From: an archaeon
Lineage (GTDB): Archaea; Nanobdellota; Nanobdellia; Pacearchaeales; GW2011-AR1
NCBI GenBank assembly: GCA_043821945.1
Contig: JBDRCH010000005.1
Span: 14,799-78,798, forward strand
Direction of reading: 5' to 3'
DNA length: 64,000 nucleotides
Numbering within the stretch: position 1 is the stretch's first letter; each line of letters starts with the position of its first letter. The notes under the pieces were generated by a model. That model saw only the letters and a list, made by a program, of their open reading frames with translations. It made no database searches and was not told where the DNA came from. A program made the position numbers and the translations under genes. Shown here piece after piece: positions 57,958-64,000 of this stretch.

Positions 57958-58383
57958 TTATTCTAAAGATTCACTTAATTCTCCTAATCTAACATATCTG
58001 TCTTTTGAGGCAATATTTCCTACTTTTTCCCACTCCATACGCGAAGGATGAAAATACATTATGTCCTTATCTCCTAAATCCTTTCTAAAAAATATTGGAG
58101 TAGGAATAAAATTTCTAGCAAAAATAGAATAACCTCTTCCACTATATTTTCTTTTTCCATCTATTCCAAGAAGAACAAGGTCTTTTTCCTCAACCCTTTC
58201 GCAAGGATGATATGCACCATCACAAGTAACATTGAATAAATTCGTCTCGCTTATATCTCCTTTTCTATAAGTCCTAACAAAATCTTCATTTCCTCCAAAA
58301 GTAATTGGCTTTCTTAATTTGCTCTTTACTAAAAGTTGGTTTGCTTTTTTATATAAGTTCATTTTATATCTCAGCATCTTCAC
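57958..58383 (-). CDS. Orphan hypothetical protein
   Basis: 141-aa ORF. Confidence 0.5.
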   Translation of the reverse strand: MKMLRYKMNLYKKANQLLVKSKLRKPITFGGNEDFVRTYRKGDISETNLFNVTCDGAYHPCERVEEKDLVLLGIDGKRKYSGRGYSIFARNFIPTPIFFRKDLGDKDIMYFHPSRMEWEKVGNIASKDRYVRLGELSESLE

Positions 58384-58489
58384 TTTTTAAAAATTTCTAT
58401 ATTAAACAACAAATCCAAATGTTTAAAAAACAAAATTCCCTTAGCAAATTAAAAGATTCAATGAATCTATAATTAAATAGGAGAAAAAA

Positions 58490-58639
58490 ATGACAGAAGG
58501 ATATTGCGTGAAATGTAAAAAAAAGGTTGAGATAAAAGGCCCTGTTGAAAGCAAAACAAAAAAAGGAACAAAAATCGCAAAAGGGAAATGCCCAGATTGT
58601 TCAACAACTGTTTGCAGAATGGGCGGAATAACAAAATAA
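58490..58639 (+). CDS. Small basic Zn-ribbon protein, DUF5679-like (49 aa)
   Basis: Read by hand: MTEGYCVKCKKKVEI...KGKCPDCSTTVCRM; AGGAG SD. Confidence 0.75.
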   Translation: MTEGYCVKCKKKVEIKGPVESKTKKGTKIAKGKCPDCSTTVCRMGGITK

Positions 58640-58682
58640 ACCATTAAAAAAATTTATTAACTAATTCTTTCTTTTATTTTTT

Positions 58683-58982
58683 ATGATACTAATTAAAATA
58701 CACAAATCCTATAGATATGTGGTTGCTATTTGTGATTCTGAATTATTAGGAAAAAAATTTGAACAAGGAAGATTCCAATTAGATATTAAAGAATCTTTCT
58801 TCAAAGGTAAAAAAACTTCTAAAGAAAAAACAATTCAGACAATGAAAAAAATGTCAATAGAAGATTCCACATTTAATATTATTGGAGAAAAATCAATAAC
58901 CTGTGCTTTAGAAGCAGGAATTATTTCTAAAGAAGGCATTAAAACAATTCAAGATATTCCTTTTGCCTTGGTACTAATATAA
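58683..58982 (+). CDS. DUF424-family protein
   Basis: VVAICDSELLGK, ESFFKG, NIIG. Confidence 0.85.
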   Translation: MILIKIHKSYRYVVAICDSELLGKKFEQGRFQLDIKESFFKGKKTSKEKTIQTMKKMSIEDSTFNIIGEKSITCALEAGIISKEGIKTIQDIPFALVLI

Positions 58983-59023
58983 AGTTTCCCAAAATTTATA
59001 AACACACTTTATCTAAAAATTAT

Positions 59024-59377
59024 ATGGAAGAATTTAAAGATATTAATGAAGAAGAAAATATTAATAAAGAAAATGATGAAAACACTTCTCAAAAAATAAG
59101 AGTTAAACTCCCAAGAGGAAATGAAGTCATAGGAATAATAGAACAAAGGCTTGGTGGAAACAAAATGATGATAAGTTGTTTAGATGGTAAATCGAGAAAC
59201 TGCAGAGTTCCAGGAAGACTAAAGAGAAAATTATGGCTTAGGCCTGATGATGTTGTAATAATAGAACCATGGGAGCTAGACAACACAAAAGGAGATGTTT
59301 TATTCAAATATAGATTAAATCAAATTGAATGGTTAAAGAAAAATGGTTATTTGAAAAAAGAGGGTGTTGAGTTCTAA
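59024..59377 (+). CDS. eif1a: Translation initiation factor aIF-1A
   Basis: RLGG, CLDG..R.CRVPGRL..KLW. Confidence 0.95.
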   Translation: MEEFKDINEEENINKENDENTSQKIRVKLPRGNEVIGIIEQRLGGNKMMISCLDGKSRNCRVPGRLKRKLWLRPDDVVIIEPWELDNTKGDVLFKYRLNQIEWLKKNGYLKKEGVEF

Positions 59378-59429
59378 GATATATTATAAAAGTAATTAAA
59401 AATAAAAAGAGAATAAGTATCAAAAAGAT

Positions 59430-59615
59430 ATGCTCGAAATTAAAGCACAAGATCATAGAGATTATATGAAAGTCTTTGAAAAAGGATTAATCAAAGAAGA
59501 TAATGAAATAAGAGTAAAAAAGGGTAATTTCACAAGATTTTATGTTGTAGAATCATCAGATAAACTAAATCCTTATACTAAAGTTATAAATCAATATTTG
59601 CAAAGAAAAGATTAG
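59430..59615 (+). CDS. Orphan hypothetical protein
   Basis: 61-aa ORF. Confidence 0.4.
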   Translation: MLEIKAQDHRDYMKVFEKGLIKEDNEIRVKKGNFTRFYVVESSDKLNPYTKVINQYLQRKD

Positions 59616-59792
59616 ATAATTGTAATGGATGGTCTTTTCCAATAAAATAAATATTAATTCTTTTTAGCGAAGAAATCTAACAAGTCAATTTCGAAGCAAC
59701 TAAATCTGCGAACTCATAAGCAGGTAATTATAAAAACATTCACTTCTAACAGATAAATAACTCTAACCCCACACTGGTTGGGAAGATGGACC

Positions 59793-60293
59793 ATGAAAAC
59801 AATAATATCTGAAAAACTTCCAAGAATAATAAAAAATAAAAAAAGATTAGAAGAAATTCTAAATGTTAAGATAACCAATCGCGGGAAAGAGGTTTTTATA
59901 GAAGGGTCTCCAGAAGGAGAATATATTGCAGAAAAAGTAATTGATGCATTAGAATTTGGTTTCCCCTTTTCAACTGCAATACTTATAAAAAAAGAAAATT
60001 TAATCTTTGAGATATTATCGATAAAAGAATACACAAGAAGGAAGGATTTTAAAAGAATTCGAGCAAGAATTATTGGGAAAAAAGGTAAAACCCTCAAAAC
60101 ACTATGTGAACTTACAAAATGCTATTTTGAATTAAAAGAAAACTTCGTTGGAATAATAGGCCCAGCAGAATATATTAAAAATGCTCAAGACGCAATGATT
60201 TTAATTATCCAGGGTTCAAAACAAGCAAATATTTACAAATTTCTAGAAAAAAATCAAATTAAAGAACCAATTGATTTAGGTTTGAAAAAGTGA
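59793..60293 (+). CDS. KH-domain RNA-processing protein (Dim2/Pno1-like)
   Basis: RIRARIIGKKGKT, GSKQANIYKFLE. Confidence 0.88.
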   Translation: MKTIISEKLPRIIKNKKRLEEILNVKITNRGKEVFIEGSPEGEYIAEKVIDALEFGFPFSTAILIKKENLIFEILSIKEYTRRKDFKRIRARIIGKKGKTLKTLCELTKCYFELKENFVGIIGPAEYIKNAQDAMILIIQGSKQANIYKFLEKNQIKEPIDLGLKK

Positions 60294-60312
60294 ATTCTAA
60301 AATAATTCAATC

Positions 60313-60564
60313 TCAAAAATCTATTGATTTAAGATAATTTGAAAAAATAGGGGTAAGTTTTCTTTTTATAGAAGTTTTTCCAGCATCCCTTCTTACAGGA
60401 ATTCTTCCTTCTTTTTCAATTTTGAAGAGTTCTCTTGCATGAGGCACACGACCCTCAATATAAAAATCAAGAAAATATCTCCTTGTTTCAACCTGTTTAT
60501 CTTCATAGATCCTATATCTTGCAGTAGCCCATCTTCCAGAACTAAATAAATATATTTTTTCCAT
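60313..60564 (-). CDS. Orphan hypothetical protein
   Basis: ORF immediately downstream of tRNA-Asn with its own TATA-like box. Confidence 0.5.
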   Translation of the reverse strand: MEKIYLFSSGRWATARYRIYEDKQVETRRYFLDFYIEGRVPHARELFKIEKEGRIPVRRDAGKTSIKRKLTPIFSNYLKSIDF

Positions 60565-60610
60565 AAACAATTTAAACTTAATCCTTATTTAAATTTTATT
60601 GTAATAAAAA

Positions 60611-60731
60611 CGTCCCCGGCTGGACTCGAACCAGCGACCTATCGGTTTCTGCAAAATCAAAAGATTTTGTAGCAAATTTTGACATTTCAAAATTTAACAG
60701 CCGATCGCTCTACCAACTGAGCCACAGGGAC
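60611..60731 (-). tRNA. tRNA-Asn(GTT) with 48-nt intron at 37/38
   Basis: GTCCCTG/CGGGGAC acceptor, ATCGG-CT GTT A[intron]A-CCGAT, GGTTCGAGTCC. Confidence 0.93.
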
Positions 60732-60808
60732 TTATTAATCAAATAACAAATTGACTTTTAAAGTTTATCTTTCATTAATTTTATAAACATATCATTCTTA
60801 TCTTAATA

Positions 60809-61363
60809 ATGGAATTAGATGAAGCAATTCAATCAAGAAAAAGTGTGAGAAAATTTAATTCTAAAAAACCGGATTGGAGAGACATTATTGAATGTATTGA
60901 CGCAGCAAGATATGCTCCAATGGCTGGAGCAAATTACTCATTAAAATTTATTATTGTTGATAAACTTGAAACAATCCAAAAACTTGCAGATGCAGCACAA
61001 CAGGATTTTGTCAGCAAAGCACAATATGTTGTTGTTGTATGTACAAATCCCTCAAGAACAATAAATTCATTTGAAGAAAGAGGAAAAATTTACTGTAGAC
61101 AGCAAGCAGGAGCAGCAATAGAAAACTTTCTTTTAAAAATACAGGAAAAAGGTCTATCAACTTGCTGGGTGGGACTTTTTGTAGATAATCTTGTTAAAAG
61201 AGCCCTAAAAATTCCAGAAGACATCAATGTTGAAGCAATGTTTCCAATAGGATATGAATATTCAAAAACAAAACCAAAAAACAAAATAGATCTGGACAGA
61301 ATTCTCTACTTCAATGAATACAAAAACAAGAAAATGAATTCTCCAAAGAAATTGAATGTTTAG
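60809..61363 (+). CDS. Nitroreductase-family protein
   Basis: RKSVRKF, AP.AG, AAIENFLL...GLSTCWVG. Confidence 0.9.
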   Translation: MELDEAIQSRKSVRKFNSKKPDWRDIIECIDAARYAPMAGANYSLKFIIVDKLETIQKLADAAQQDFVSKAQYVVVVCTNPSRTINSFEERGKIYCRQQAGAAIENFLLKIQEKGLSTCWVGLFVDNLVKRALKIPEDINVEAMFPIGYEYSKTKPKNKIDLDRILYFNEYKNKKMNSPKKLNV

Positions 61364-61397
61364 ATAATTATTTAAAATAAATTTACTTAAAAAAGAT

Positions 61398-61787
61398 ATG
61401 GGAAAAGAAAACCAAGTTAAGGCAATTGCAATAGTTGCAATAATCTATGGAAGTTTAATTGCTCTTTTTGGATTCGCCTTATTGCTCCTTGGTCTATTCG
61501 CAGTGAGTTTTGAAAGTTCAAACAGTTTAATTAGTTTTTTTCTTGTTTTATTAGTATTACTCTTTTTTACTTTTTTTTTACTTCCTCTTATTGGAGGAAT
61601 AGGATTATTAAAAAATAAAAATTGGGCGAGAATTTTATTGATCATAGTAGCTGCATTAAATCTTCCTGTTTTTCCAATTGGAACTGGATTAGGAATATGG
61701 TTCTTGATTGTCCTTCTAGATGAAGATGTGAAAAAATCATTTAATTCAAATAAAAAGATAAACTCTCAAAAAAAGTTGAATGTTTAA
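61398..61787 (+). CDS. Small membrane protein
   Basis: GIGLL...WARI...FPIGT.LG hydrophobic pattern. Confidence 0.65.
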   Translation: MGKENQVKAIAIVAIIYGSLIALFGFALLLLGLFAVSFESSNSLISFFLVLLVLLFFTFFLLPLIGGIGLLKNKNWARILLIIVAALNLPVFPIGTGLGIWFLIVLLDEDVKKSFNSNKKINSQKKLNV

Positions 61788-61789
61788 CT

Positions 61790-62224
61790 CTAATAAAAAT
61801 CATTTCTATTAGGAGCAGAAGACAAATAATTTTTTACAAAATTTTTGAATTCCAAAGTTTGCTTAGGAATTAAATAAAGAGGTTCATCATTCAAGATTCG
61901 ATTAATTACTCTTCTAAAATCAACTAGAGTATTATATCTAATTTTTTCAAATTCCTCTTTACTTCCTACTTTACCAAAAGAATTACCAAGATACTCTAAA
62001 AATTTTTGACCAAGATGAAATTTAGAAACTCTAGGAAAAATTTCTTTTACAAAATCAAGATGATCCAAATTTTTACCTTTCAAATAGTTTCCATAAGATT
62101 CTAAAGAATTATCTAAAAACTTTAAATTTTCCTCGCCTCTTTTTTTAAAATTCTCTTGAATCTTATTCTTTTCAAGATATTCCAAAATAAAAGGTCCAAA
62201 AAATATCCAAGGATTATCTCTCAT
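61790..62224 (-). CDS. Orphan hypothetical protein
   Basis: 144-aa ORF. Confidence 0.5.
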   Translation of the reverse strand: MRDNPWIFFGPFILEYLEKNKIQENFKKRGEENLKFLDNSLESYGNYLKGKNLDHLDFVKEIFPRVSKFHLGQKFLEYLGNSFGKVGSKEEFEKIRYNTLVDFRRVINRILNDEPLYLIPKQTLEFKNFVKNYLSSAPNRNDFY

Positions 62225-62305
62225 AACAAAACAACAAATTCAACCTTTAAAAAAATATGTGTAATAAAAAACAAAAGGGGATTTCTCCCCTCAATAAAAA
62301 ACAAT

Positions 62306-63385
62306 TTATCTCCAGACTTCTATACCTAAATCAGAAATTTCTCTTGAAACATGTCGAGTGTGCTCTTCAACAGGTTTTCCTAAAATATAGGGGGATTTAA
62401 CTCCAGTCATTATTGTGATCACTCTGACTTTACCAACAAATTCTTTGCTGATTCTCGCACCAATAATAACTTGTGCCTCAGGATTCAAATTTTCAGAAAC
62501 AGATCTTCCAATAACATCAAATTCTTCAAGCTTTAAATCTGGTCCACAAGTAATATGTATCAAAGCCCCAGTAGCACCTTTGTAATCCACATCAAGTAGA
62601 GGATGAGTCAGGGCTTGTTTAACAGCTTCAATCACACGATCCTGTGCATCAGATTCTCCGATGCCAATAACAGCAACACCACCACCTCTCATGATTGTTG
62701 AAACATCTGCATAATCCAAATTAATCAAACTAGGCAAGGTAATTGTTTCAACAATTCCCTTAACCATAGTACTTACTAATTCATTAGCAACTGCAAAAGC
62801 TTGTTCAATAGGCAACTGTCCAGCAATATCAACAAGTCTATTATTGTCAAGAACAATGCAAGTATCAGTAACTTCTCTTAATTCTTGCAACCCAAATTCA
62901 GCCTTATCAATTCTCGCTTTTTCAGATTCAAAAGGCATTGTCACAACACCAATAACAACAGCACCAGTTTCTTTAGCTAATTGAGCAACTACAGGAGCTG
63001 CACCAGTTCCAGTTCCGCCTCCTAATCCAGCAAGTACAAAAACCATATCTGCTCCTGAAATAGCTTTCTTAACATCAACAATTGCTTCTTTTGCTGCTTC
63101 TTTTCCTTTGTTAGGACTTCCACCAGCACCCAAACCTCTTGTCAATTCTTTACCAATAAGAATTTTTTCATCAGATTTAGTAACACTCAAATGAAGTGCA
63201 TCTGTATTTGCAGAATATATAGTAGCCCCATTAATTCCTTTATTAAAAAGCCAGGTAGTCATATTACAACCACAACCACCACAACCAACGACTTTAATGT
63301 TCGCTTTACCTGCTCTTAATTCATCAAAATTAATACTGTGAGTACTTGTATTTTCTATTGCTTCTTTTGCAAAATCTAACACCAT
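62306..63385 (-). CDS. ftsZ: Cell division protein FtsZ
   Basis: GLGAGG, GGGTGTG, INLDYAD. Confidence 0.97.
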   Translation of the reverse strand: MVLDFAKEAIENTSTHSINFDELRAGKANIKVVGCGGCGCNMTTWLFNKGINGATIYSANTDALHLSVTKSDEKILIGKELTRGLGAGGSPNKGKEAAKEAIVDVKKAISGADMVFVLAGLGGGTGTGAAPVVAQLAKETGAVVIGVVTMPFESEKARIDKAEFGLQELREVTDTCIVLDNNRLVDIAGQLPIEQAFAVANELVSTMVKGIVETITLPSLINLDYADVSTIMRGGGVAVIGIGESDAQDRVIEAVKQALTHPLLDVDYKGATGALIHITCGPDLKLEEFDVIGRSVSENLNPEAQVIIGARISKEFVGKVRVITIMTGVKSPYILGKPVEEHTRHVSREISDLGIEVWR

Positions 63386-63560
63386 TTTTTATACCTCCTT
63401 ATCATTCTATAATACTTTTCTACGAAAAGCTTAAATAGTTGATATACTTCCAACTATCTATAGCAGAAAAATAAAGAGATCGACCTCTGCATGCAATAAT
63501 ATTAACAACCGCCAAGTAAATTAATATTATAAAAAATAAATTACGAGTTCTTTAAATAAA
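63386..63560 (-). promoter_or_regulatory. Long structured 5' leader of ftsZ with strong SD (AAGGAGGT)
   Basis: Four successive hairpins between a TATA-like box (~63555) and the SD. Confidence 0.5.
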
Positions 63561-63586
63561 TTTCTATACTGAAAAAGAATATTTAA

Positions 63587-64000
63587 TCAAACAGTTTTCT
63601 TCAAGTCCTCAATCTTCTCCCACCCCTTTTTCAAATTATCATTAGACTTCTTAATAATTAATTTCAAAAAATCCTCATTAACTAAAACCTTACTACTCTC
63701 ATTAATTATAGGAAACTCCAACTTCTCAGTACTCATTAACTCCAAAACAATATTCTTACCTAAAGAAGTTATTCCAGATCTTTTCCAACCAACTGACTTT
63801 GCTTTATTTAATAACTCTTCAGCACTTTCTAAATTCTTGCAAGCAACATGAAATATTGGTGGCTCTTGTTTGAATTTTATTGCATCTGCTTCAAGTCCGA
63901 TTTTATCAGGACTTTTCGCTAACACATTATTAATACCAATATCTTCACTTATAGATTGTTTTCCTATTAACTCGGAGTTATTAATCTCTGAGCTCAGCGA
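63587..64000 (-). CDS. taw3: Taw3/TYW3 tRNA wyosine methyltransferase, C-terminal part (5'-truncated)
   Basis: QEPPIFHVAC...A...GWKRSGI...STEKLEFPI. Confidence 0.82.
   Translation of the reverse strand, partial: SLSSEINNSELIGKQSISEDIGINNVLAKSPDKIGLEADAIKFKQEPPIFHVACKNLESAEELLNKAKSVGWKRSGITSLGKNIVLELMSTEKLEFPIINESSKVLVNEDFLKLIIKKSNDNLKKGWEKIEDLKKTV

Noticed and set aside
1..64000. CRISPR array, cas genes, rRNA, reverse transcriptase/DGR or provirus
   Set aside because: No regularly spaced repeats, rRNA-like tracts, or RT, capsid or terminase motifs seen

Overview
AT-rich archaeal chromosomal segment. Gene content (TBP, MCM, FEN1, PolB, aRF1, RPL15e, aIF1A/aIF2beta, RpoL, CDC48, FtsZ, intron-containing tRNAs) and the compact, mostly leaderless layout fit a DPANN archaeon, probably Pacearchaeota-like (inference). 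Most of the window is informational housekeeping genes interleaved with short orphan ORFs, plus four tRNAs (Lys-CTT and Asn-GTT with introns, Gly-CCC, Ile-GAT). Points of most interest: (1) a PolB with intact catalytic aspartates but coordinated substitutions at the steric gate and motif B; (2) an ORF-free, multi-hairpin ~250-300 nt candidate ncRNA at ~3.8-4.1 kb that shares a palindrome with the tRNA-Asn intron; (3) an IS6-like transposase / Doc toxin / antitoxin / AbrB module in which the transposase and AbrB genes share a near-identical promoter-operator; (4) dispersed attC-like palindromes with no integrase in the window; (5) bacterial-type genes (FabI, peptidoglycan amidase, orphan histidine kinase, lone formate-dehydrogenase-like subunit); (6) a structured ftsZ leader. 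All calls come from motif reading by eye; no searches or folding programs were run.
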